DNA from: Desulfocapsa sulfexigens DSM 10523 | GTDB lineage: Bacteria > Desulfobacterota > Desulfobulbia > Desulfobulbales > Desulfocapsaceae | Assembly (NCBI RefSeq): GCF_000341395.1 | Contig: NC_020304.1 | Span: forward strand, 1,530,001-1,562,000 | Length of the DNA: 32,000 nucleotides | Reading direction: 5' to 3' | Shown: positions 17,607 to 26,297 of the stretch, in pieces | Layout of the letters: each line of letters opens with the position of its first letter | Numbering within the stretch: position 1 is the first letter of the stretch | Translations under genes and position numbers: made by a program | Notes under the pieces: generated by a model | What the model was told of the DNA's origin: nothing | The model's input: the letters and a program-made list of their open reading frames with translations, nothing else | Databases searched by the model: none

Positions 17607-19004
17607 ATGTTTGTAAAAAAGAGCCAAAAGGAACTGGAAGATCACGCCAACATACAGCCGACTTACGGCTCAAGAACAATGAGGGAAGAGATTCCAAAAT
17701 ATGAGCTCCCAGATGAGGGGATGCCGCCGACCGCTGCCTATAACATTATCCATGATGAACTGGCATTAGACGGAAACTCACGACTGAACCTTGCCACTTT
17801 TGTCACAACCTGGATGGAACCTGAAGCGCGTCAGTTGATGACGGAAACCTTCGACAAGAACATGATTGATAAGGATGAGTACCCGCAGACTGCAGAAATT
17901 GAATTGCGCTGCGTCAACATCCTGTCACGCCTGTGGAGCTCACCCGAGGGAGAAGAGGCTGTGGGGTGTTCAACAATTGGATCCAGCGAAGCTGCAATGC
18001 TTGCCGGAATGGCACTGAAGAGAAAATGGAAGCACCGCATGCAGGCAGCAGGCAAACCGACTGACAAACCAAATTTCATCATGGGAAGAAATGTTCAGGT
18101 ATGCTGGGAAAAATTCTGCAACTACTGGGAAGTGGAACCTCGTTTTGTCATGGCCGAAGGTAATAGCTTCAATCTCCGTCCCGAGGATGCCATAGAACTC
18201 TGCGATGAAAACACCATCGGTGTACTGGCGATTATGGGGTCCACTTTTGATGGAAGCTATGAACCTGTGGCAGAGTTAAATGCTGCTCTGGATGCGTTCT
18301 ACGAAAAGAGCGGTCTCGATATTCCTATTCATGTTGATGCTGCCAGCGGAGGTTTCGTAGCTCCCTTTCTTCAGCCTGAACTGATGTGGGATTTTCGGGT
18401 GCCGCGAGTGAAATCAATAAATGTGTCTGGCCACAAATACGGACTTGTCTATCCCGGCGTGGGATGGGCAATCTGGCGGGACAAAAAGGAACTGCCGGAG
18501 GAATTAATTTTCCACTGTGACTACCTGGGGGGGGACCTTCCCAACTTTGCCCTCAACTTTTCCCGGCCCGGAAATCAGGTGATAGCACAGTACTACAATT
18601 TTTTACGCCTTGGCCTTGATGGATACACAGCTATCCAGGAAACCTGTCGTGAGATCGCTCTTTTTCTGTCATCGAATATTGCGAAAATTGGACCTTTTGA
18701 ACTCATAAGTAAAGGTGATACCATCCCTGTATTTGCCTGGAAACTCAAAGATCATTTTGCTGATACTGCAAACTTCAGCCTTTTTGATCTTGCCGAAAGG
18801 CTCCGCTACAATGGCTGGCTGGTACCCGCCTACAGAATGCCGGAAAACAGGAAAGACCTTATCGTTCAACGCATTGTTGTAAAAGAAGGGTTCAGTCGTG
18901 ATATGGCCGGTGCCCTCCTTGCTGATATACAAAAACATGTGCAATGGTTTGCCGATCATCCCGGTTTTAACAGGACAATGGAAGGCAAACAGTTCTCACA
19001 TTAA
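17607..19004 (+). CDS. gadB: Glutamate decarboxylase (PLP-dependent, group II)
   Basis: The 465-aa protein shows long colinear identity to my memory of enterobacterial GadA/B. Examples are NLATFVTTWMEPEARQLM...DKDEYPQTAEIELRCVNILSRLW and the PLP-lysine motif SGHKYGLVYPGVGWAIWRD. An AAGGA RBS is present. Confidence 0.95.
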   Translation: MFVKKSQKELEDHANIQPTYGSRTMREEIPKYELPDEGMPPTAAYNIIHDELALDGNSRLNLATFVTTWMEPEARQLMTETFDKNMIDKDEYPQTAEIELRCVNILSRLWSSPEGEEAVGCSTIGSSEAAMLAGMALKRKWKHRMQAAGKPTDKPNFIMGRNVQVCWEKFCNYWEVEPRFVMAEGNSFNLRPEDAIELCDENTIGVLAIMGSTFDGSYEPVAELNAALDAFYEKSGLDIPIHVDAASGGFVAPFLQPELMWDFRVPRVKSINVSGHKYGLVYPGVGWAIWRDKKELPEELIFHCDYLGGDLPNFALNFSRPGNQVIAQYYNFLRLGLDGYTAIQETCREIALFLSSNIAKIGPFELISKGDTIPVFAWKLKDHFADTANFSLFDLAERLRYNGWLVPAYRMPENRKDLIVQRIVVKEGFSRDMAGALLADIQKHVQWFADHPGFNRTMEGKQFSH

Positions 19005-19024
19005 ATACATTCCAGGGAAACTTC

Positions 19025-19972
19025 ATGATTATAAATACCTATATAAAAGAGAATGCCCCAGGCACGGGTAATGGTATTCGCCTGGCCGTATATCAGGGAA
19101 AAGGCCCGGCAGGGACTCCAGAAGCAATCCGACATAATACGGACCAGCTTGAACAAGTGGTTCGCACAGCCAGACAGTTCAATGCTCAATTGATCAGCTT
19201 TCCGGAGCTCTATCTTAGCGGTTACGCTATCACACCAGAGACAGCTCAGGAATTGGCAATGGAAACAGCTGGTCCAGAGCTTGCTAAGGTGGCTGAAATT
19301 GCAAAAGCAAATGATATAACTATTATCTGCCCCTACCCTGAAAAAGCAACAGTTGGCGGAAAAACCAGATACTATGATTCCATCGCAGTGTTTGATATAA
19401 ATGGATTTCTTCTTAAAAATTATAGAAAGACCCATCTCTGGGGACCGGATGAAAAGAAAATCTGGAACATTGGCTACGAGTTGGAGGAAGAAGGAGAGGC
19501 CTATTCGGTTTTCTTAGTGAATGATTTTCCTGTTGCAGTTCTTAACTGTTATGAAGCTGAATTTCCCGAGCTTGCAAGGATACTGGCTCTAAAAGGGGCA
19601 AAGTTGATTGTCATTCCAACGGCCGCTGATGAATCTACGGTTCTATCCAGTGGAAAATGGACAACAACACCCTATCCAGACGTTTCAAAAACCCTGATTC
19701 CTGCACATGCGTATGAAAACAATATTTTCATTTCGTACAGTAACAGATGTCAGGAAGAAACTTTAAAAGGGAAAATCGTAGGAAAATATCTTGGCAACAG
19801 TATGATTGCCAATTGTCACGGTGAGCTGATGGTTGCAGCTAAAAACGAAGTGACCCTTCTTCTTGCAGATTGCATACCTGCAAACTATGGCCCGACTCAT
19901 CCCGAGAACACCGATTATTTGAAAGACAGACGGGCCTCTCTCTACAGGGAACTGGTGAAAACAACGGAATAA
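19025..19972 (+). CDS. Carbon-nitrogen hydrolase (nitrilase superfamily amidase), substrate unknown
   Basis: The 315-aa protein has the E-K-C catalytic triad in the expected contexts: FPELYLSGY (Glu), NYRKTHLW (Lys) and VLNCYEAEFPE (Cys). It starts 20 nt after the gad stop. Confidence 0.85.
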   Translation: MIINTYIKENAPGTGNGIRLAVYQGKGPAGTPEAIRHNTDQLEQVVRTARQFNAQLISFPELYLSGYAITPETAQELAMETAGPELAKVAEIAKANDITIICPYPEKATVGGKTRYYDSIAVFDINGFLLKNYRKTHLWGPDEKKIWNIGYELEEEGEAYSVFLVNDFPVAVLNCYEAEFPELARILALKGAKLIVIPTAADESTVLSSGKWTTTPYPDVSKTLIPAHAYENNIFISYSNRCQEETLKGKIVGKYLGNSMIANCHGELMVAAKNEVTLLLADCIPANYGPTHPENTDYLKDRRASLYRELVKTTE

Positions 19973-20057
19973 GCTATGCCAGATGGCTCCATCTTTCCCC
20001 CTGACTTGAAAAGAAAGTATCGTCCACAACCTTTATCACTCAACACACTCAACTCAG

Positions 20058-20879
20058 TTATTTGTCGTGGGGTGTTGGAATTGTATCAAATTCGTAGTGA
20101 AGAAGATCGGTCTCCAGCCAACCTTCAGTTAATAAAGATTTGTAGCCGAGCAGAAATTTGATCGTCTCTGCGGCCTGTATGGATGCAACAAGGGAAACAG
20201 TCATGGGGAGTACCTGGGGAGGTATGCCTGAGTCTGTTTTTTTTGGATAGAGTCTGCTGATAAGTTTGTTCGATATCTGATCGATGCCAGCGTGACCGTA
20301 CCACTCCTTTACTGCTCCGTGAACTAGGGGGATGCCTTGTCTTTGGCAGAGTGTGGAGAGTTCTTTTCGTGCCTTCGTTGAGTCCAGGGCATCGATTGCG
20401 ATATCTGCGGTTTTTATTGCAATAGGGGTGAATTCGCAGTTGTGAAGCGTGGTTTTTAGTACGGGATTGATTTTCTGTAACTCTCGGCCCACGATATCAA
20501 CTTTGCTGCAGCCAAGGGTTTCAGTGCTACAGAAAATCTGACGGTTGAGATTTGATTCGGAAAAAACGTCAGGATCCGTGAGGATGAGGTGACCGATGCC
20601 AAGCCTCGCAAGCAGTTCAGCCGTTCTGCCTCCCAGGCCGCCGCAGCCGATAATAGCCACCCTGGATTGAAACAACCTGAGCTGCTCCCGGCAACTCAGG
20701 TTGTTTCGTTGAAAACGTGAAGGGGTGATGGAATGATCAAGCGCGAGCGTTTCGATATTGCGCAGCGAACAGTTATGCTTTTGAGCGATCTTCCAGGCGT
20801 CAGCAAGAGAGAGATGTGCATCTCGAGCATGCCGTTCTATGCTCCGAAGGATCTCGTTGCTGTCAGACTCAGCCACCAC
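20058..20879 (-). CDS. ThiF/MoeB/HesA-family E1-like adenylyltransferase
   Basis: The 273-aa protein has a Rossmann nucleotide loop (VAIIGCGGLGGRTAELLARLGIGHLILTDPDVFSESNLNRQ). I see no C-terminal rhodanese domain or obvious Zn CxxC pairs. The ~65-aa N-terminal extension is of unknown nature. The gene overlaps the moaD-like gene by 11 nt. Confidence 0.85.
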   Translation of the reverse strand: MVAESDSNEILRSIERHARDAHLSLADAWKIAQKHNCSLRNIETLALDHSITPSRFQRNNLSCREQLRLFQSRVAIIGCGGLGGRTAELLARLGIGHLILTDPDVFSESNLNRQIFCSTETLGCSKVDIVGRELQKINPVLKTTLHNCEFTPIAIKTADIAIDALDSTKARKELSTLCQRQGIPLVHGAVKEWYGHAGIDQISNKLISRLYPKKTDSGIPPQVLPMTVSLVASIQAAETIKFLLGYKSLLTEGWLETDLLHYEFDTIPTPHDK

Positions 20880-21093
20880 CGATTACCGGAAATATTGCAT
20901 AAATATCTCCTTCATGGAGAACGGTTTCGAATGTGCAGTGACGGGAGTTGACCATCAGCACGCCAACCTCTTCCCGGTCAATAGAAAGGTCATCGACAAT
21001 TTTACCGGCGGTGGTGCCTTCGGGAAGCTCTTTGTCTTCTTTAATGAAACGGCCTTCTCGAAAAAAGGCAAAGAGCTTTACCTGTACCCGCAT
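20869..21093 (-). CDS. moaD: MoaD/ThiS-family ubiquitin-like sulfur-carrier protein
   Basis: The 74-aa protein reads MRVQVKLFAFFRE...GDIYAIFPVIGGG. The pattern is beta-grasp and the C-terminus is an exposed Gly-Gly(-Gly). The gene starts 9 nt after the aor stop, with an AGGA RBS. Confidence 0.8.
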   Translation of the reverse strand: MRVQVKLFAFFREGRFIKEDKELPEGTTAGKIVDDLSIDREEVGVLMVNSRHCTFETVLHEGDIYAIFPVIGGG

Positions 21094-21102
21094 GGGAATA
21101 TC

Positions 21103-22830
21103 CTAGAAATTCCAGAAGGTGTCGATTTCCTCACCGGTGAAATCCCATACTGCATTGTGCGGCGTAACGGGCTCAATCTCAAAAAATTCCGGTAATCTGT
21201 CATCAAGATTGGTAAATCCGGCGGCCGTGTTAAATGCATGCTCGGTCTTCAGGATAGTCATGCCAAGATTGGTAACATCGTTTGCGGTGAGGTTGATTCC
21301 AAAACGGGCATTGATCATATCAATGAGTGACGGCAGGCAGGTACTATCATCGAGTGCTGCAAATGCAATAAAGAGACACATGCCTGTGGAGTCAATGGCA
21401 GCTGTCGCAATCTGCAGATTGCGGGAGAGTTCCACCTGGCCTTCTTTGGAAAGAGGGTCGGCTTTTCCTCCAACGCCAAGAATTTCTGTGGCAATGGTAT
21501 AGCCCATGGTGTGATCCGCGCCCTGAGTGGAGGTGGCATAGGTGACGCCGATGCCTTTAATGGCGCGGGGGTCGTATGCAGGGATTGCTTGATTTTTCAC
21601 CACAGGGACCCGTGTTATGCCGTATGTCCGGCCAACGTTGCCCGCACCGTTGCCGATGACACGGCCAAGAGGGCTACCCTTGGCAATCTCTTCTGTCATG
21701 ATGCGGATCATTTCGTTGCTGTCACCAAACGCAAGGACACCGGCTTCCATGGCTACACCAAAGGCCACGGCAGTTTCGATGGTGTCAAGTCCGATATCAT
21801 CAAGAATATGATCCATCTCGGCGATTTGATCCAGGTTGTCAATGGTGCAGTCGGCACCCATAGCCCATATGGATTCGTACTCAATACCGGATGTTTTGTA
21901 GTTCCCTTTGATGTCGTTATAAATTTGAGAACACTGGATCACGCAGCCTGCGTGACAGCCATGCTTTGGCTTGCCACCGCGTTCAACTATGAGGTCATGC
22001 ATGGTTTCACCTGAAATCTGCTCATGTCCCTCAAACTGTCCCTGGCTGAAGTTTTTGGTAGGAAGTCCACCAGCTTCATTGATGATGTTAACCAGAACAT
22101 TGGTGCCGTAGGTCCCAAGAGCTTGACTTACAGGATGGTCAACCAGTGCTTTGGTGAATGTTTTGTTAGCTGCTTTGAATGCTTCAGGGTCTGCGATTTC
22201 AACCTTGGCATCTCCTGAGTCAAGTGCGATAAATTTAATCTTTTTGGAACCCATGACAGCTCCAAGGCCACCGCGTCCCAGAGAACGGATATGGCTGTCG
22301 GGATCTTTTATAGAGATATTGGCTGCAGCCATCTGCATCTCACCGCCCTGACCAATGGAGATTACACCAATTTTATCAGAGAATCTTTTTTCAACATCCT
22401 CCACTACAGCAAAGTTGCCCTTGCCGACCAACTTTTCTTCCTTGCTAATTGTGATTTCACCAGGCTTGAGGCTGATTGAATACCAGCTGTCATCTTGAGG
22501 CTGACCTTCAATGATAAGTGCTTTGCAGCCAATTCTTGCAAGTTTCTGTGCGGATGTGCCGCCTGCGTTGGCTTCTTTGATTGTTCCGGTCAATGGACTT
22601 TTGGCTCCGGCAGAAATACGGCCGGAGTTAGAAGCTGTAGTACCAGACAGTAATCCTGGGGCAAAAACCAGTTTGTTGTTTGGTCCCAGGGGATGACAGG
22701 TGGGAGGAACCTCAGCGGCCACGATGGTAGATGTGAGTCCGCGACCTCCATGACCGGCCCATTCAGCAGGGACGTCTTCAATGGAAGTGGAAAGATCCGT
22801 CATATTTACGCGAAAAATTTTGTCAGCCAT
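21103..22830 (-). CDS. aor: Aldehyde:ferredoxin oxidoreductase (tungsto-bispterin AOR family)
   Basis: The 575-aa protein has an AOR N-terminal domain (RVNMTDLS...GGRGLTS...LGPNNKLVFAPGLLSGT...SGRISAGAKSPLTG). It also has a Cys-rich FeS segment (HGCHAGCVIQC) and pterin-binding-type motifs (GLDTIE, QGADHTMGY). A GAGGAG RBS is present. Confidence 0.95.
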   Translation of the reverse strand: MADKIFRVNMTDLSTSIEDVPAEWAGHGGRGLTSTIVAAEVPPTCHPLGPNNKLVFAPGLLSGTTASNSGRISAGAKSPLTGTIKEANAGGTSAQKLARIGCKALIIEGQPQDDSWYSISLKPGEITISKEEKLVGKGNFAVVEDVEKRFSDKIGVISIGQGGEMQMAAANISIKDPDSHIRSLGRGGLGAVMGSKKIKFIALDSGDAKVEIADPEAFKAANKTFTKALVDHPVSQALGTYGTNVLVNIINEAGGLPTKNFSQGQFEGHEQISGETMHDLIVERGGKPKHGCHAGCVIQCSQIYNDIKGNYKTSGIEYESIWAMGADCTIDNLDQIAEMDHILDDIGLDTIETAVAFGVAMEAGVLAFGDSNEMIRIMTEEIAKGSPLGRVIGNGAGNVGRTYGITRVPVVKNQAIPAYDPRAIKGIGVTYATSTQGADHTMGYTIATEILGVGGKADPLSKEGQVELSRNLQIATAAIDSTGMCLFIAFAALDDSTCLPSLIDMINARFGINLTANDVTNLGMTILKTEHAFNTAAGFTNLDDRLPEFFEIEPVTPHNAVWDFTGEEIDTFWNF

Positions 22831-22876
22831 GGTGTCTCCTCAGGGTAAATGATAATGAAAATTATAATCTCAATAG

Positions 22877-22904
22877 ATTATAGATTCTTCCATTAAAAGA
22901 GCAA
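22877..22904 (-). promoter_or_regulatory. Candidate sigma-70 promoter for aor
   Basis: The minus strand reads TTGCTC-N16-TATAAT, with the -35 at 22904-22899 and the -10 at 22882-22877. A second TATAAT lies at 22866-22861. Together with the palindrome at 22864-22881, this gives a ~40-nt leader. Confidence 0.4.
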
Positions 22905-22928
22905 GAAGTATTCGACTGAAACTGCTAT

Positions 22929-22956
22929 TTGACAATTTGTTGGCGATCAGTAGACT
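22929..22956 (+). promoter_or_regulatory. Candidate sigma-70 promoter for the hybrid histidine kinase gene
   Basis: TTGACA (22929-22934), a 16-nt spacer and TAGACT (22951-22956) lie ~108 nt upstream of ATG 23065. Confidence 0.35.
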
Positions 22957-23064
22957 AAAAGTATGAGTTAGCGTACCACACTGTTCAGGGGAGGAGTCTT
23001 TTAGGAATGCTGAACTGCACCCTCTCCTACTATCTTTTAGAGTTCCGCTTTTTCAGGACTTTCA

Positions 23065-25848
23065 ATGAATAAACAAAGACATTTAACGAAAACGGTTCGA
23101 ATGCACCTGTGGCTTCTGTCGTCTCTGTTAGTTATCGTTCTTGGCTATTTATGGGTGGACACTGAAATTAAACAGGCAGATCGTAATGGACTGAAGATTC
23201 GAGAGATGTTTTTAGGGCAACAAAAAGAGATTCTTCAAAACGACGTTGAGCATGCAGCTGCCCATATTGCTTACATGAGAGGTCAGCTCGAAAAGCGTGT
23301 GCAGATTGAGGTGAAGGCACGAACTGAAGAGGCATACGAAACCGCTCTGTATCTTTACGAACAACATAAAGCCACAAAGAGTCTTTTAGAAATTGGACAA
23401 ATTATTCATGATGCCCTGTATGCAGCAAGCTGGGATGATGGGAGAGGCTATTATTTTGCGGAGGACATGCAGGGAAATGAACTTGTAAACCGCAATAATC
23501 CCGAGTTAGAGGGAACAAATATTATTGATGTTCAGGATAAGGTCGGGACCTACATTATGCGGGAGATTCTTGCCGTGGCGCGTTCGGAACAGCAAGAGGG
23601 CTTTTGTACTTATTTCTGGAATAAGCCAGAAGATCCGGGAGTTCTGATCCGTAAGATCTCTTATGTTAAATATTTCGAGCCCCTGGATTGGGTGATCGGC
23701 AATGGCGTATATATTGATGATGAAGAAGAGGAGATCAAAAAAGAGGTTCTTGACTGGTTGGAGGAGAGCAAGGATCTCTTCGTCAGCTATCTCTTTGTTG
23801 GAACCGTGGAAGGTGATATTCTTTCCGGGCCCGGAAAGGGTGAAAATATGTGGGATGTGACTGATTCCAACGGCTTTAAAGTAGTACAGGCGCTCGTTCA
23901 GAAAGCGCTTGATGGTGGAGGCTTTGTTAAATATGTGATGCCTAAGCTGGAAGGAGAAAGGCCTGCTCCGAAATTGAGTTATGCTACTTTGATTCCGGAC
24001 TGGCAGTGGTATATGGGAACTGGAGTTTATATTGATTATATTGAAAATGAAATACTGGAGGAACAGAAAGCTTCCAGCGAAGTTGTCAAAAAAATTATAA
24101 TCCAGGTTGTTCTGGTTCTTTGTTGTTTTTTGTTCCTCTCCCTGTTGTTGTCCTGGGCTCTTACTGCCAAAATGAAAAAAAACTTGGATCTGTTTCTGGA
24201 ATTTTTTAATAAATCAGCTTCGGAAGAATTGATCATTCCAGCCGATAAGGTGAATTTTCTTGAGTTTCAATCTCTTGCGTTGACAGCTAATCAAATGGCA
24301 AGGGATAGGCAAAGGGCCTGGGACAACCTGAGTGCAGAACAGGAACGGCTTGCAGTTACCCTGGAGAGTATAGGTGATGGTGTGATGACCACCGATACAG
24401 ATGGACGAGTTGTTCTGTTAAACAGAGTTGCCGAGGCCCTCACTGGATGGACCAAGGAAGCCGCAGCAGGAAAACCCTCCACTGAGGTGTTTCATATTGT
24501 CAATGAAAAAACAGGGAAGAAATGCCAAAGCCCTATACAGCTGGTGTTGGAATCCGGTAAAATCGTAGGGTTTGCCAATCCAACAGCCCTCATTGCAAAA
24601 AACGGCACCATTCGATCCATTGCTGACAGCGCTGCTCCAATTCGCGATAGAGATGGTAATGTTATAGGAGTTGTCCTGGTGTTTCAGGATGTTACCAATG
24701 AAAGGAAAATGGAAAATGAGTTGCTTAAAATTAGAAAACTTGAATCCGTTGGCGTACTTGCCGGTGGTATTGCCCATGATTTCAATAATATCTTATCCGC
24801 GATTCTTGGTAATGTAGAATTGGCAGCCTACCGAATTGCTGAAGAGGATGTCGGGACGGCTACTCTGCTTTCCGATGCTAAGAAAGCGACAAGAAGGGCG
24901 ACTAAGCTTACCAGTCAGTTACTTACCTTTTCCAAAGGTGGAGATCCTGTCAAAGAGGAAACCTCTCTAGCGTCACTTATTACAGAATCTGCAGGCTTTG
25001 TGCTTCATGGCAGTAAGGTAGTGTGTGACTATAGTTTTCCTGAGGATCTTTGGAATGTCGATGTTGATAGCGGACAGATTGGTCAGGTTGTTCAGAATAT
25101 CATCATAAATGCTAAACAGGCCATGCCCGAAGGCGGTACAATTTTTATTGAATGTTCCAATGTGTATGATGTCGTTGAAGAAAAACTCTTAAATGTGACT
25201 ATGGGTGACTATGTCTGTGTACGTATCCAGGATTCAGGAACAGGGATCTCAAAAGAAATTATTGATAAGGTGTTTGATCCTTATTTCACAACGAAGCAGG
25301 GAGGTAGCGGGCTCGGCCTTGCAATCTGTCATTCCATTGTCAATAAACACAGTGGGTACCTCACCGTCAATTCCATTGCAGATAAAGGGAGCATCTTTAC
25401 TCTATACCTTCCTGCCATGCACTTCACAAAAGAAAATAGAGCAGAAAAGGCTGAGGAAAAGCTCAAGCCAGCTGAGGCCGTTAGAGTGATGGTAATGGAT
25501 GATGAAAAAATGCTGCTGGATGTTGCGAAAGCACAGTTGAGTGTTCTTGGTCATGAGCCTGTCCTGGTAAGTGATGGTGCCGAGGCAATCTCTGTGTATA
25601 AGGAGATGAAGGCGCTTGGTACTCCCGTTGATATTGTTATTATGGATTTGACTATTCCCGGGGGAATGGGTGGGCAGGAAGCCGCAGAAAGGCTTCTGCA
25701 GATCGATCCTGGCGCGAAAATTATCGTTTCCAGTGGTTATTCAAATGATCCGATAATGGCTGAATACAAAAAATATGGATTCTGCTGCGCCATCGCCAAA
25801 CCTTTTGACTTAAAGGAACTGGGGGATGCTATAGCTGCTTCTTGCTGA
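23065..25848 (+). CDS. Hybrid sensor histidine kinase: TM, tandem Cache-type periplasmic domains, TM, PAS, HisKA, HATPase, REC
   Basis: The 927-aa protein has two TM segments flanking a ~320-aa periplasmic region. That region contains two Cache_2-like repeats (YFWNKPEDPG...YVKYFEPLDWVIGNGVYIDD and GGGFVKYVMPK...SYATLIPDWQWYMGTGVYIDY). Downstream come PAS (LESIGDGVMTTDTDGRVVLLNRVAEALTGW), an H-box (GGIAHDFNNIL), N/G boxes (NAKQAM, QDSGTGI, GSGLGLA) and a C-terminal receiver (VMVMDDE...IVIMDLTIPGGMGG...IAKP). Confidence 0.9.
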   Translation: MNKQRHLTKTVRMHLWLLSSLLVIVLGYLWVDTEIKQADRNGLKIREMFLGQQKEILQNDVEHAAAHIAYMRGQLEKRVQIEVKARTEEAYETALYLYEQHKATKSLLEIGQIIHDALYAASWDDGRGYYFAEDMQGNELVNRNNPELEGTNIIDVQDKVGTYIMREILAVARSEQQEGFCTYFWNKPEDPGVLIRKISYVKYFEPLDWVIGNGVYIDDEEEEIKKEVLDWLEESKDLFVSYLFVGTVEGDILSGPGKGENMWDVTDSNGFKVVQALVQKALDGGGFVKYVMPKLEGERPAPKLSYATLIPDWQWYMGTGVYIDYIENEILEEQKASSEVVKKIIIQVVLVLCCFLFLSLLLSWALTAKMKKNLDLFLEFFNKSASEELIIPADKVNFLEFQSLALTANQMARDRQRAWDNLSAEQERLAVTLESIGDGVMTTDTDGRVVLLNRVAEALTGWTKEAAAGKPSTEVFHIVNEKTGKKCQSPIQLVLESGKIVGFANPTALIAKNGTIRSIADSAAPIRDRDGNVIGVVLVFQDVTNERKMENELLKIRKLESVGVLAGGIAHDFNNILSAILGNVELAAYRIAEEDVGTATLLSDAKKATRRATKLTSQLLTFSKGGDPVKEETSLASLITESAGFVLHGSKVVCDYSFPEDLWNVDVDSGQIGQVVQNIIINAKQAMPEGGTIFIECSNVYDVVEEKLLNVTMGDYVCVRIQDSGTGISKEIIDKVFDPYFTTKQGGSGLGLAICHSIVNKHSGYLTVNSIADKGSIFTLYLPAMHFTKENRAEKAEEKLKPAEAVRVMVMDDEKMLLDVAKAQLSVLGHEPVLVSDGAEAISVYKEMKALGTPVDIVIMDLTIPGGMGGQEAAERLLQIDPGAKIIVSSGYSNDPIMAEYKKYGFCCAIAKPFDLKELGDAIAASC

Positions 25849-25884
25849 TATTACTGAAGTATTGTGCTCCTAGAGAAACGGGTT

Positions 25885-26187
25885 TCATCTATCTTTTTCT
25901 GAAGAAGTCCCGTGATCCTGCTTTCCGGAGGTTCCTTTTAACAGTTTCTCGCCAAGCTTCTTAAAGTTTATAATTGGTTTGTCTCCGGGGTTTAGGGAGC
26001 CTGTAACCCAGAGGAATGTATAGAGAATGCAGGTGACAACGGCAGCTCCTGATATGAAGTTGACCAGAGTTCGCTCCGTCAGGGTGGCGATGTTTCCCTG
26101 AACACGAGCTGTCATCGTAAGGAAGGCGATCAGGATTATTAGTGCAATACATGGAAATCTTTTAATAATTTTCCAGAATCTAGTCAT
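25885..26187 (-). CDS. Small hypothetical membrane protein (two predicted TM helices)
   Basis: I chose the start at ATG 26187, with an AAGGAG RBS 6 nt upstream on the minus strand (26199-26194). The protein reads MTRFWKIIKRFPCIALIILIAFLTMT...FISGAAVVTCILYTFLWVTG with a Lys/Ser-rich tail. I recognise no family. It lies downstream of the moeA-PBP gene on the same strand. Confidence 0.4.
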   Translation of the reverse strand: MTRFWKIIKRFPCIALIILIAFLTMTARVQGNIATLTERTLVNFISGAAVVTCILYTFLWVTGSLNPGDKPIINFKKLGEKLLKGTSGKQDHGTSSEKDR

Positions 26188-26297
26188 ATCATTCTCCTTC
26201 AATATATCCATTACTGGCTATGGTCATTCCATGGCCCGAGCATGTACTTCTCATAGAATATCTTCAGTGTTCAGTTTTTTCTATACTTGCCCAAATC

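Noticed and set aside
19981-19994. A small hairpin (AGATG-GCTC-CATCT) between the convergent hydrolase and thiF genes, considered as a bidirectional terminator.
   Set aside because: The stem is only 5-6 bp and neither strand has a real U-tail. The support is too weak to annotate.
22831-23064. A possible Moco/Tuco riboswitch in the aor leader, since such riboswitches precede some W/Mo-enzyme and cofactor genes.
   Set aside because: The best promoter reading (TTGCTC-N16-TATAAT) leaves a leader of only ~40 nt. I could not find the multi-stem architecture or conserved Moco-motif blocks in the 234-bp region. An Rfam cmscan for RF01055 would settle this.
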